IMG/VR virus record: IMGVR_UViG_3300045227_000003
Strand: one strand, 5' to 3'
Origin: a virus
DNA: 60,167 nucleotides
Shown: one piece after another, positions 1-8,575 of the stretch
Numbering within the stretch: the stretch's first letter is position 1
How the letters are laid out: each line of letters begins with the position of its first letter
Notes under the pieces: generated by a model
Database searches by the model: none
What the model saw: only the letters and a program-made list of their open reading frames with translations
What the model was told of the DNA's origin: nothing
Translations under genes and position numbers: made by a program

Positions 1-127
1 AAGGCGATAATGTAGTTCTTAAAGTCTGCAAAATTGCTCACCCATGTTACGTTTGCGCCCTTCTCCCGCATCTGCTTATGCCGGAGAGCCTGTTGCACCG
101 TCGGTTCTTTTCCGGGTCGTTTGAATT
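1..127. repeat. Exact terminal duplication, copy 1 (identical to 60041..60167)
   Basis: Bases 1..127 (aaggcgataatgtagttctt...gggtcgtttgaatt) recur base for base at 60041..60167. This is an overlap at the ends of a closed contig, giving a unique length of 60,040 bp. Confidence 0.95.
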
Positions 128-281
128 CGATAAAAAGCACAACGCCGTCACGGATGAATAAGCGATCCGGGACGGCCTTTTTACCGGGGGCGGTGAATTT
201 GGAAACCCACCACCCACGCCCCTGCGCGTATTCGCAGCAGGTTTTCTCGACCTTCGATTCTCTGATTATCGGCTCGGTCAT
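1..281 (-). CDS. VRR-NUC / PD-(D/E)XK nuclease, 95 aa, split by the window junction
   Basis: Absent from the ORF track because it crosses the junction. ATG at 281..279. My translation is MTEPIIRESKVEKTCCEYAQGRGWWVSKFTAPGKKAVPDRLFIRDGVVLFIEFKRPGKEPTVQQALRHKQMREKGANVTWVSNFADFKNYIIAFE. The D(R)...IEFK core is typical of VRR-NUC. The last two codons and the TAA lie at 60034..60040. Confidence 0.7.
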   Translation of the reverse strand, partial: MTEPIIRESKVEKTCCEYAQGRGWWVSKFTAPGKKAVPDRLFIRDGVVLFIEFKRPGKEPTVQQALRHKQMREKGANVTWVSNFADFKNYIIA

Positions 282-282
282 C

Positions 283-2319
283 TTAATCCTTACGGTAAAA
301 GTATCCTTCCCACCCGGCAGCGCCAAGTGGTAGGCCCGGTGCCCATGACAGCGGCGCGGCCATACAGGTGATCAGGTCGTCCACGGTCAGCTCACTATCC
401 TTCGGCACTTCGGTTACGATTTCATCGTGGATGTGCATGACGATACGGAAGCCCATGCGGTGCGCCTTTTTCAGACCTTCGGCCAACACGTCGCGGGCCA
501 ACGCCTGCACGATGTTTTCCACCAGCTTACCGCCGTGGCTGTAGATCTTGCCCCACTTGTTCGCGCCGTCGACCTTGCCCTCGTACTGGAAGTTGGACTT
601 GGTGTACTTCTGGCCTTTCTTCGGCCCTTTCTGCACGGTCATCTGGCGCTCGACGATGCGTGGGCGGAAGTAATACATCTTGCGGCCAGACGGCAGGCGG
701 ATTGTCAGGAACGGCTTGGTGTACTCAATGACCAGACAGCCCCACGTTACCGGCTGCTTGGAGCGGATGACTTTGAACACCGCGTTTTCAAGGTCGTACC
801 ACGACTGCACGATCTCCGGGCACAGCTCACGGAACGCCTGCACCGATGCTTCGGCTTCGGCTTGGGTCATATGCACGCCCATGTTCTCCGCATAGCCCCA
901 CAGGCCGGTTTTCTTGCCTTGCTCGTCCATGTGGCCGCCTCCGAGGCGATAACCGGCACCAAGGGTCGCAGGCTTCGCTTTTGAGCGGTGTGGTTTTGTC
1001 TCTTCGTACGGCAGGTTAAGCCAGTGAGCTGCGAATGAACGGTACAGGTCGTGTTTAGCGGCCAGCGTGTCCATGAACCATTTGCAGTTTGTCAGCCAGC
1101 CGATCACGACGGATTCGATGGATGACAGGTCGGCCACGATAAACTTGTGCTCCGGGGTCGGGATAAACGCGGAACGGATGCAGCCCACCAAGGCCGACAT
1201 CGGCTCGCCGACGTACAGCGTCAGGGCATCAAGGTCGCGGTCGTGGATCATTTTGTTGACGATTGCCAAGTCCTCTTCGGCCTCGATCAGCTTCGGCGTA
1301 CGTGGCAGGTTTTGCGTCTGGATGCGACGACCGGCCCAACGGTTAGTACGGCTCGCCCCGGCAAACTGCAGTGAGTAGCGGAAGCGCCCGTCAGTACCTG
1401 CAGCGGCCATCATCGTGCCGTATTTAGCCAGTGATGATTTTGCGCTGTTCAGGCGCATTTCCAGTACCTCGGCCACGACTGGTTCTAGGCCCAAGTCACC
1501 CGCTTCGCGGATCACTTTGTTGGCCGTATCGCTGCGTAGGTCGTTGAACGGGTAGCCGCGTTCTTGAAGCCAGCCCAAAAGCTGCGCCGGGGAGTTAGGG
1601 TTGGACAGGCCGGTAATGTCGCGCATTTCCTCCATGATAAGGGGCTTGCGTCGCTCTGCGAGGTCGATGGCCGCCTGCGCGAAGTCGATGTCAATCATTA
1701 CGCCGGTATCGTTGATGTACTGATCCAGTGCGTACATGTCCCATTCGGACTCCATCACCGGGTATTTCTGTAGGCGGTGTTTAATCGCCAGCTCGGTCGT
1801 GACGTCCTGCTTGTTGTACGAACAGAATTCCCACCAGTCGTCCGGGTCAGTCGACTCGTTGCGCCATTCGAAAGGGTTGGCCTTGGTCACGCGTTGCGGC
1901 TTGCTGAACATGTCGATCAGGCGCTTGCCTTCGGTGTTTTTCAGCAGGTGGTCAGGCAGGCCGATGGTCTTGCCGATGGAGAGAAGATCGCCGGAGAACC
2001 CCAGCATGTAGGCCAGCGCCATCGTACAGCGCCATGAGTTGTAGTCAGTCTTTATTTTGAGAACCCGGCGCGTCATCACCCGCTCGAATTGTGCGTTGAA
2101 GGCCCACTTGTAGACTTTTGGGTCTTCCAGTGCATCGCGTAGTTCGCCCGGCAATTTAGCCCCGCGATGTAGGTCAGCGTGTTGCACCTTGCTGTCGTTA
2201 ATCGACCATGCGGCCATCAGGATTTTAGTTGACGGGTCGGAGCTGTACCGGTCGAAGCCTTGCGTCTTCAAGTTAATCCGGCTGCGGCTTTCATAGTCTA
2301 GGTTAATGTGGTCGGTCAC
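283..2319 (-). CDS. Family-A DNA polymerase with 3'-5' exonuclease domain
   Basis: 678 aa. Exo I-like DYESRS near the N-terminus. PolA motif A is VADLSSIE, motif B is RSKAKPATLGAGY and motif C is HIHDE. No 5'-3' exonuclease domain. Confidence 0.9.
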   Translation of the reverse strand: MTDHINLDYESRSRINLKTQGFDRYSSDPSTKILMAAWSINDSKVQHADLHRGAKLPGELRDALEDPKVYKWAFNAQFERVMTRRVLKIKTDYNSWRCTMALAYMLGFSGDLLSIGKTIGLPDHLLKNTEGKRLIDMFSKPQRVTKANPFEWRNESTDPDDWWEFCSYNKQDVTTELAIKHRLQKYPVMESEWDMYALDQYINDTGVMIDIDFAQAAIDLAERRKPLIMEEMRDITGLSNPNSPAQLLGWLQERGYPFNDLRSDTANKVIREAGDLGLEPVVAEVLEMRLNSAKSSLAKYGTMMAAAGTDGRFRYSLQFAGASRTNRWAGRRIQTQNLPRTPKLIEAEEDLAIVNKMIHDRDLDALTLYVGEPMSALVGCIRSAFIPTPEHKFIVADLSSIESVVIGWLTNCKWFMDTLAAKHDLYRSFAAHWLNLPYEETKPHRSKAKPATLGAGYRLGGGHMDEQGKKTGLWGYAENMGVHMTQAEAEASVQAFRELCPEIVQSWYDLENAVFKVIRSKQPVTWGCLVIEYTKPFLTIRLPSGRKMYYFRPRIVERQMTVQKGPKKGQKYTKSNFQYEGKVDGANKWGKIYSHGGKLVENIVQALARDVLAEGLKKAHRMGFRIVMHIHDEIVTEVPKDSELTVDDLITCMAAPLSWAPGLPLGAAGWEGYFYRKD

Positions 2320-2387
2320 GTTGATCCCCTAAAAGAAAAGCCCGCTTTATGGGCGGGCTTGGGTTACTGTTGCCCGGAGGCTTTCGG

Positions 2388-2990
2388 TTAAACTTCGTCT
2401 TCGTCTTCCCACTCTTCGTCGTCATCCCACGCGTCGGACGTGTCTACACGACCTTCACCGAATGGTTCGTCGTCTTTGCGTTTCAGGACGGAGATCAGGT
2501 TGGCGTTAACGCGCTTACCAAACTTGTTTTCCTGCGACCAAGGGCGGATCACAGCGGAAACCCAGCAACCGCCATAAATCTCTTCGGCGATCTCGTTCGG
2601 GCTGTCCAGTTCCTCGCGTTCGATGTTCAGAACGTCCGGGCGCTTGTTCTCACGCGCTGAAATCACCCACATACCTTCGCACTCAGGCTTATCTGGGAAG
2701 TCAGTATCGCCGTCTTTGATGAACAACATGGAAGGGGCGACTTTCAGCGGCCCGGTCTTGTGGTTCTTCTTGGTGACTTCGATCTGCTCACGGATAATCT
2801 TCTCGATTTCGCCGTGGGTCTTTTTAGGCAGCAGCAGGGTGATCGAGTATTTAGGCTCGCCACCATCCTCGCCGCCGTATGGCTTGTCGAGGTGCGGATA
2901 AGAACAACGGGCGTTAGAAATCTTGATGTGCCCAGACTTGTACAGCACGCCATTCTTAACTTTCTTCTGGGGGATTAACTTCTCAGCCAT
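2388..2990 (-). CDS. ssDNA-binding protein, DUF2815-like
   Basis: 200 aa lying between the exonuclease and the polymerase, as in DUF2800/DUF2815/PolA modules. Ends in the acidic tail WDDDEEWEDEDEV. Confidence 0.6.
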   Translation of the reverse strand: MAEKLIPQKKVKNGVLYKSGHIKISNARCSYPHLDKPYGGEDGGEPKYSITLLLPKKTHGEIEKIIREQIEVTKKNHKTGPLKVAPSMLFIKDGDTDFPDKPECEGMWVISARENKRPDVLNIEREELDSPNEIAEEIYGGCWVSAVIRPWSQENKFGKRVNANLISVLKRKDDEPFGEGRVDTSDAWDDDEEWEDEDEV

Positions 2991-3039
2991 GATTACTTCC
3001 TCTCGTTTTACGGGTTTACACGGATTATCGGTTTACGAT

Positions 3040-4377
3040 CTACACTTCGTCGTCATCGTCTTCATCGTCATACGCGCCGTGGTACTTGCCGTCGAGTGGA
3101 AGCCGCTTATCTGTCAGCGGAACCAACGTTGGTTTTCCGTCAGGTTTATAGACATGTTGGTCGATAATGACCGGAGCGCCAGCCCTTGACAGCCCCAATT
3201 TCTCCCGAAGAACATCTTCCATCTGCGCGGGAGACCGCATTTCTGATTTGATGTAGTCCGACTCTTCCAGCCCAAGGAATTCGAAGAGGTCAATTACATC
3301 CTTCTCGTCCTTAAACTTGCGGAACGTCCGCGACTCCACCAACTTCTGCCCGGGGATCTTCTCCCCTTTCAAGGCCCGCTGCTCCAGCTCAAAGTCAAGC
3401 CGGGCAAACCAGTTCTCGATAACCTTACGGTAGGGCAAGATCTTCGCCATTTCAACGGTAGTCAGATTGCCGAATTTGGCCCGGGTCATCTTGTACTCGT
3501 CTTTCAAGGCATCGCGTAATGCACTCATTTCCGCCTCGCCGAATTCTTGGCCTAGAAAATACGTGTCACCACCGACTGCACACTCCATCATGTAGGCCAC
3601 GGCTGCGCAGTTATGTGCGGCCCGGCACCACCGGCACCCCTTCAACGTTGCTCGGCGCGTCGCGTTGAGATCCCAAGCCAAGGCGATCTGCCCGCGTGCA
3701 TACTCTGCAAAGTCCAGCAGGGCGTCGACGGTAACTTCCCACACGTCGAAGTGCTCAAGGCGGGGCTGTGCAATCCGAATGAGTACCCTATCGAATTCGT
3801 AATCATCCGAGAAGGCACGATAAGCACCGTAGGCGTAAAACAGTGCCTGCGTGTTATCCTCGGCGAAAACCTGCACGCCCGTACCATACTTCAAGTCCGT
3901 TATGATAAGGACGCCATCACGGATGATGATGTTGTCCGCCGTACCGCCTTGTGGTGCAAACGGTATGGCCGGTTTATCTGGCTCGTCCGGGTTGGCCCGA
4001 GGCATCAAATCCGTGAACCACACGCGGATCTCGGTAAACATTTCGCCTTCTTCGAACCGGCACCAGTCGACATAATCCTGAATGTAGTCCAGCATGGCCC
4101 GGGTGACTTTTATGTCGTGGGTCACGCCGTTTTCGGTCAGGCTGATCTCGGTACCGATCAGGTGATTCGGGCGTTGGTCTGACTTCAACCACTTCTCGGC
4201 GATGCCGTGAGCGACGGTGCCTTCTGCAGCCTCGAAGCTCGTTTCGTCATCTTCGAAAAGGTTAGCGAGTAGGCTACCAGAACACGATAGCCACATTGCA
4301 CTGCCGGACGGGGCGAATATTGAATGCCCACCCCCGGCGAATTCCCGCATAATGCGGGTCATCAGCGATTCAGCCAT
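3040..4377 (-). CDS. Cas4/DUF2800-type PD-(D/E)XK exonuclease
   Basis: N-terminal HSIFAPSGSAMWLSCSGS plus the C-terminal Cys cluster CRWCRAAHNC give a Cas4-like 4-Cys pattern. I prefer the ATG at 4377 (MAESLM) over the ORF-track start at 4428, which would bury the upstream 110-aa ORF. Tail is YDDEDDDDEV. Confidence 0.75.
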   Translation of the reverse strand: MAESLMTRIMREFAGGGHSIFAPSGSAMWLSCSGSLLANLFEDDETSFEAAEGTVAHGIAEKWLKSDQRPNHLIGTEISLTENGVTHDIKVTRAMLDYIQDYVDWCRFEEGEMFTEIRVWFTDLMPRANPDEPDKPAIPFAPQGGTADNIIIRDGVLIITDLKYGTGVQVFAEDNTQALFYAYGAYRAFSDDYEFDRVLIRIAQPRLEHFDVWEVTVDALLDFAEYARGQIALAWDLNATRRATLKGCRWCRAAHNCAAVAYMMECAVGGDTYFLGQEFGEAEMSALRDALKDEYKMTRAKFGNLTTVEMAKILPYRKVIENWFARLDFELEQRALKGEKIPGQKLVESRTFRKFKDEKDVIDLFEFLGLEESDYIKSEMRSPAQMEDVLREKLGLSRAGAPVIIDQHVYKPDGKPTLVPLTDKRLPLDGKYHGAYDDEDDDDEV

Positions 4378-4702
4378 TTTGGTACCCATGCGTCGCGGCA
4401 ATAAAACGTTTAATGCCGACCTGTTCAATCTTACGCGTTAGTGCCTTGGCCCCGGCAGCGCCGTAATTGTTCCTTCCGGCGTTATACCGGGTGGACACTA
4501 CATCCCGCCAAGAAACTTCGTCTACCCGTCGACCGCTCGCACCGTGCGTGAGCACGAAGGCAAACGGCTTTGTGGTGGAAGAAGTAACTCTGAAAAGTAT
4601 ATCGCGACCGCCAATCTCGTAACGGAACTCAGACCACTGAAAAACCTCAGTGCCAGAACCTGCCGTTGCTACCCTGACGCGCTTAAAACTGTTCACAATC
4701 AC
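4370..4702 (-). CDS. Hypothetical protein, 110 aa
   Basis: ORF-track entry with a GTG start just after GAGG. Same strand as its neighbours, and its stop overlaps the exonuclease ATG by 8 nt. No motif recognised. Confidence 0.5.
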   Translation of the reverse strand: MIVNSFKRVRVATAGSGTEVFQWSEFRYEIGGRDILFRVTSSTTKPFAFVLTHGASGRRVDEVSWRDVVSTRYNAGRNNYGAAGAKALTRKIEQVGIKRFIAATHGYQNG

Positions 4703-4710
4703 CTCACTTT

Positions 4711-4736
4711 GATGAAAACGGCCCCCGAAGGGGCCG
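4711..4736 (-). terminator. Intrinsic terminator/attenuator inside the early operon
   Basis: Minus-strand reading is cggcccc-ttcg-ggggccg followed by ttttcatc. It lies between the 128-aa gene and the 110-aa gene. Confidence 0.55.
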
Positions 4737-4754
4737 AGTTACCGGAAGAGGTTA

Positions 4755-5141
4755 TTAAACCTCGTCTTCGCCTTCTGCGTTGGTTTCTTCCAACTTAGCC
4801 TGACAGGCGTCGAAGATGGCGTCGAATTGGTCTTCTTTCGCTTCCGCGATTTTCGCCAGACCGAACTCGGCGGTGATTGCCTTGGCCGCTGGGGCACCGA
4901 ACGCGTCTTTAACCGCAACTACAGCCGCGACAACTTCGTCTTTGGTGTGAGTTGGTTTTGGCTTCTCGGTGGTTTTGGCCTTACCGGTAGTGGTTTTCTT
5001 GCCGGTAGTGCTGGTGGTCTTACCGGCGTCTGCGCCAGCTACTTCGCCAGCAGGGGCTGCGATACCGTTAGCCAGCAGGGATTCCAGCAGGGTGTTAGTT
5101 TTAACTTGTGCTTCCAGAATTTGCTCAAGGATACCTGACAT
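4755..5141 (-). CDS. Hypothetical protein, 128 aa, first gene of the leftward operon, acidic tail
   Basis: ORF track. It has a low-complexity T/K-rich linker (TTSTTGKKTTTGKAKTTEKPKP) and ends in AEGEDEV. GGAG lies upstream of the ATG. Confidence 0.65.
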   Translation of the reverse strand: MSGILEQILEAQVKTNTLLESLLANGIAAPAGEVAGADAGKTTSTTGKKTTTGKAKTTEKPKPTHTKDEVVAAVVAVKDAFGAPAAKAITAEFGLAKIAEAKEDQFDAIFDACQAKLEETNAEGEDEV

Positions 5142-5195
5142 AATTTCGTGCTCCGTTTCGGTTGTTTAAAAGGTCGTGTCGTGTTGACGGAGTGA

Positions 5196-5225
5196 AGTAT
5201 TGCCCATAGCCGTACACCCTGTCAA
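5196..5225 (-). promoter_or_regulatory. Sigma70-type promoter, leftward
   Basis: -35 TTGACA is the reverse complement of 5220..5225. -10 is AATACT with an 18-nt spacer, or CAATAC with 17 nt. It sits about 50 nt upstream of the ATG at 5141. Confidence 0.55.
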
Positions 5226-5250
5226 ACACTTTTTTAAAACTTTTTACGTC

Positions 5251-5334
5251 GGTACCGTAACTCTTTTACTTTCCGGGTGAAACGTAGCTACGGTACCGCC
5301 GTAAACCTTTAATTGACGGGGGTGGCTACCGTAG
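5251..5334. promoter_or_regulatory. Operator-like repeats between the divergent promoters
   Basis: ggTACCGTAa at 5251..5260, the palindrome CGTAGCTACG at 5283..5292, ggTACCGccGTAa at 5292..5304, and cTACCGTAg at 5326..5334. The last one lies inside the spacer of the rightward promoter. Confidence 0.45.
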
Positions 5335-5342
5335 TCTATTAT
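5313..5342 (+). promoter_or_regulatory. Sigma70-type promoter, rightward
   Basis: -35 TTGACG at 5313..5318, an 18-nt spacer, and -10 TATTAT at 5337..5342. It lies about 40 nt upstream of the ATG at 5384, which is preceded by GGGGG. Confidence 0.6.
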
Positions 5343-5383
5343 CCGCAAATCTATAACACGCGCACACCACGCGAGGGGGCACG

Positions 5384-5665
5384 ATGCGTTTTCCGAAATG
5401 GGCGATCTCCGATGATCGAATGAAGGTTAAATACCTAATGATGCAGATGGCATTAGAGGTAGACCCGAACGGCCGCATGGCTGTTTTGGCAAAAGAGGCA
5501 GACGTTGGGTACGAAACCCTTTTATGGGCAATTCGCAATAACGTGTCATCAGTTGTGGCCGAAAAAGTAAGCGCTGCAGTGCCACAATGCGGGGTTCGGC
5601 CCCATTGGTTGACTAACCCGTCATGGATCAAATTCGATGAAACAACCGGGGAAATCTTTGAATGA
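5384..5665 (+). CDS. Small Cro/YdaS-like HTH regulator, 93 aa
   Basis: First gene after the rightward promoter. The segment AVLAKEADVGYETLLWAIRNN...AAVPQCGVRPHWL resembles the YdaS/Cro-type HTH layout. Its stop overlaps the primase start (ATGA). Confidence 0.5.
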   Translation: MRFPKWAISDDRMKVKYLMMQMALEVDPNGRMAVLAKEADVGYETLLWAIRNNVSSVVAEKVSAAVPQCGVRPHWLTNPSWIKFDETTGEIFE

Positions 5666-8253
5666 ATTTTTGGCAGCTACACGGCTTAGATCTATGGGGT
5701 AACGGCTACACAATTGTGCCGATCTACTCCCCGGACGCCGATAAAAAAGGAGCCGGTAAACGGCCTATCGGCGAAGACTGGCAGCAAACTATCAATTCGA
5801 AGGAGGAAATTCAGGGTTGGGCACGTCGCTACACGAATAACGGTATCGGCATCCTGACCAAACGTACGCCTGCAGTCGACATTGACGTCTACGACGAAGA
5901 CGCCGCCGCGCACATGGCGAGCTGGGTTGAGGAAAACGTCGGTTTCGCCCCATGTCGTATCGGGCAAGAGCCGAAACGCCTGTATCTGTTCCGCACTGAC
6001 GAACCCTTCTCCAAGGTCAAGTCCTGCGTGTGGGAAGATGACTTTGGGCAGCGCCATGCCGTCGAAATCCTCGCAGATGGTCAGCAGTTCGTGGCCTACG
6101 GCATCCACCCGGATACCCGCAAAGAGTATTACTGGACGGGCCTCGATAACCCGCTGAACCATTCAGCCGAACTCGACTTGGAACCGCTGACGTTGGAAGC
6201 CGCGCGCGAGATCGCCGGGGAGTTCGACCGCTACGCAACCGAGCAAGGTTGGTTGAAAGTGAAGCGCGCTATCAACGGGCACGAAGCCGTGGGCGTCGCG
6301 GATGACGATGATTGGGCAAGTATGGCCGACGTCCAGAAATGGGACGGCACGTACGAAGACCTGCGCGACATCGTGATGAAGTACCCGAACCCGGAAGACT
6401 ACGAAAGCTGGATCACCGTACTGGCCGCGCTGCAGATCTCATGTCGCGACCAAGAGGAAGCGAAAGCCATCGCCCGGGAGTGGTCGGCACAGGCCGGTAA
6501 CTACGACGAGGCGGAATTTGACCACAAGTGGGACAAAGGCTTCGACCACAACGCCGGGCGGCTCGTCACTCTTGGCACGATCATCAAAACTGTCCGTGAC
6601 ATCGAGAAAGCCGAGGCCGAAGAGGCAGCGGTAGACTTCCGTGAAGGCTTTTCCACCAGCGAGAACATGTCTGACTGGAACGCATGGGCCGAATCGTTCA
6701 AGAAAGCGCAGATTTTCGGGCTTACACGTAAGGCCGTTGTCATCGTTGCCGCCGAAAAATACCGCCAATTCAACAATTTCCGACTCACTGCAGCCGACAA
6801 AAAGGAGCTTTTGGGCTTCGATTATGGCTCAAAAGACACCCCGACATGGCTTAAAAACTTCGTTTTCTCCAAGTCAAACGACGCGTTTATCGACAAATCG
6901 ACGGGTGATCTGATCTCAAAAGGCGCTTTCGACGTGGCTTACGCGAAGAAATGTACCTTCGAAGAAGAGAAATTTAAGCCAACCATGTACGCATCCGAAG
7001 TAAAACCTGTCCCGATGGTCTGGGATGGCATGTATTACCCGGAAATGCACGGCGACATGACTGGCACGAAGTGGAAACCGAGCGATGACGTCCCGGGGCC
7101 GGAATTCTTCACCGATCACCAAGGCCGTTTGTGGTTTAACACGTTCGACCAGGACTCGATCCCGGAACCGGCAGGCGAATTGTCGAAGTATGACCGCAAG
7201 GCGCTGGAAATCATCAAAGACTTCCTGCTTGTGCTGTTCCCGAACGAGAAAGAGCGCGGTTACGTGATGGATTGGATGGCGTGGGTCGTTCAGAACCCTA
7301 CCAAGCGCGTCAACTACTCACTCCTGATCCGTGGTGCCCACGGTTCCGGTAAAACGACGCTGGGTATCCTCATGTCGGCCATGTTGGGCCGGTCTAACGT
7401 GGGGTATGTGTCCAACTCCGTCATGAATGGCCGCTTCTCGGAATGGGCCGAGGGCCACATCCTGAAAATCGTGGAAGAGATCTACGACAAAGGCGACCGG
7501 TACAGCGCGGTGGAGCGCCAGAAGGAATTCATCACGAATGACCGCTTTCAGGTAGAGCCGAAGGGCCGTAAGGCGAAAGAGGTTGTGAATACTTCCAGCA
7601 AGATGATGTTCACCAACCACTTTAACGCCCTTCCACTGGATGAAAACCAGCGTCGTTATCTGGTGGTGTCCACCCAAGCCGAGAACCACCTCGACATGGA
7701 ACGCGTTTACGGGTCAGCGTCGGAGCGCTCGCGCTTCTTCAAAAACGTGTACCGCGCCATTGAAAGCCACGGCCCGGCCATCAAGAAATGGTTCTTGGAT
7801 TGGGCCATCAGTGACAAGTTTGACGCCAAGGGCCACGCACCTCAAGACACCGAAGCATTTGCCGTTATGTCCGACGCTTCTGGCGACGGTGTGACCGAAG
7901 TAATTGTGCAAATGTTGAGGGAGGAAAACACCCTCGGCGTGAACCGTGACGTGATCTTCTCTCCGGCTCTGAAAGACGCGTTTCTTGAAACGGCAAGTGA
8001 TCTAGAATTCCCTAAAGGGCCACGTCTGAAAAACATCTTAATGGAGTTGGGATTCAAGCCTGCAGGCGTGTTCAGTTATGACTCGGAAAAGGGTCGTTTG
8101 TACGTCCGAAATCGCATGAAAGGAGCGTTTAACGATGATGGCAGTTTAAACCTCTCAACCATCCGATCGATACTCAAAAAGCACAACGATCGGATCGAGG
8201 CGCTTATCGAAAAAGTGCCGAATCCGTTCGACGACGAAGATGACGAAGTGTGA
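5662..8253 (+). CDS. Primase-polymerase (AEP) fused to an SF3/D5-type helicase
   Basis: 863 aa. N-terminal prim-pol signature (GYTIVPIY..KRPIG.DWQ, DIDVYD, AYGIHP) and Walker A GAHGSGKT in the C-terminal half. Tail is PFDDEDDEV. Confidence 0.85.
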   Translation: MNFWQLHGLDLWGNGYTIVPIYSPDADKKGAGKRPIGEDWQQTINSKEEIQGWARRYTNNGIGILTKRTPAVDIDVYDEDAAAHMASWVEENVGFAPCRIGQEPKRLYLFRTDEPFSKVKSCVWEDDFGQRHAVEILADGQQFVAYGIHPDTRKEYYWTGLDNPLNHSAELDLEPLTLEAAREIAGEFDRYATEQGWLKVKRAINGHEAVGVADDDDWASMADVQKWDGTYEDLRDIVMKYPNPEDYESWITVLAALQISCRDQEEAKAIAREWSAQAGNYDEAEFDHKWDKGFDHNAGRLVTLGTIIKTVRDIEKAEAEEAAVDFREGFSTSENMSDWNAWAESFKKAQIFGLTRKAVVIVAAEKYRQFNNFRLTAADKKELLGFDYGSKDTPTWLKNFVFSKSNDAFIDKSTGDLISKGAFDVAYAKKCTFEEEKFKPTMYASEVKPVPMVWDGMYYPEMHGDMTGTKWKPSDDVPGPEFFTDHQGRLWFNTFDQDSIPEPAGELSKYDRKALEIIKDFLLVLFPNEKERGYVMDWMAWVVQNPTKRVNYSLLIRGAHGSGKTTLGILMSAMLGRSNVGYVSNSVMNGRFSEWAEGHILKIVEEIYDKGDRYSAVERQKEFITNDRFQVEPKGRKAKEVVNTSSKMMFTNHFNALPLDENQRRYLVVSTQAENHLDMERVYGSASERSRFFKNVYRAIESHGPAIKKWFLDWAISDKFDAKGHAPQDTEAFAVMSDASGDGVTEVIVQMLREENTLGVNRDVIFSPALKDAFLETASDLEFPKGPRLKNILMELGFKPAGVFSYDSEKGRLYVRNRMKGAFNDDGSLNLSTIRSILKKHNDRIEALIEKVPNPFDDEDDEV

Positions 8254-8280
8254 TTTTCGAAAAAATGGAGTCAAAAATGG

Positions 8281-8303
8281 GGGTCGCTTCGGCGGCCCTT
8301 CTT
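8281..8303 (+). terminator. Possible intrinsic terminator after the primase-helicase gene
   Basis: gggtcgc-ttcg-gcggccc hairpin (7 bp, one G-U pair) followed by the weak T-tract ttctt. Confidence 0.35.
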
Positions 8304-8307
8304 GATC

Positions 8308-8575
8308 GTAACAGTTGCCCGATACTACTGTTACTCGATATGCCCATGAAATTGAAAGAGAAATCGCACTTTTCCCGTGAGTAACAGTTGCAGCTCACTT
8401 CTTTATATATATAAAAAACAGTATATACGGCAATAATTTTATATTTCTCTATCAGTATATCTCTCTTTTAACTGTAACTGTAACTATAGAGAGAAAAAGA
8501 GTAGTAGATTTAAGGACTTACGGAAAGTAACAGTTCCAGACAAACTGTTCCAAACTGTTAACTGTAACTGCTACT
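8308..8575. repeat. Iteron cluster flanking an AT-rich core, putative replication origin
   Basis: At least 9 copies of the core AAC(A/T)GTT, as TAACAGTT or AACTGTTA. Examples are at 8309, 8329, 8382, the run aactgtaactgtaac near 8470, 8528, and aaactgttccaaactgttaactgtaactg at 8543..8570. They bracket an A/T-rich stretch at 8400..8460 that contains cagtatat twice. Confidence 0.55.

Noticed and set aside
34-333. 99-aa plus-strand ORF at the left edge
   Set aside because: It is antisense to the VRR-NUC gene and to the 3' end of PolA. It has no SD sequence, and its composition is explained by the opposite-strand coding sequence.
8265-8384. 39-codon plus-strand ORF after the primase gene
   Set aside because: It has no SD sequence, runs through the terminator-like hairpin and two iterons, and is probably fortuitous.
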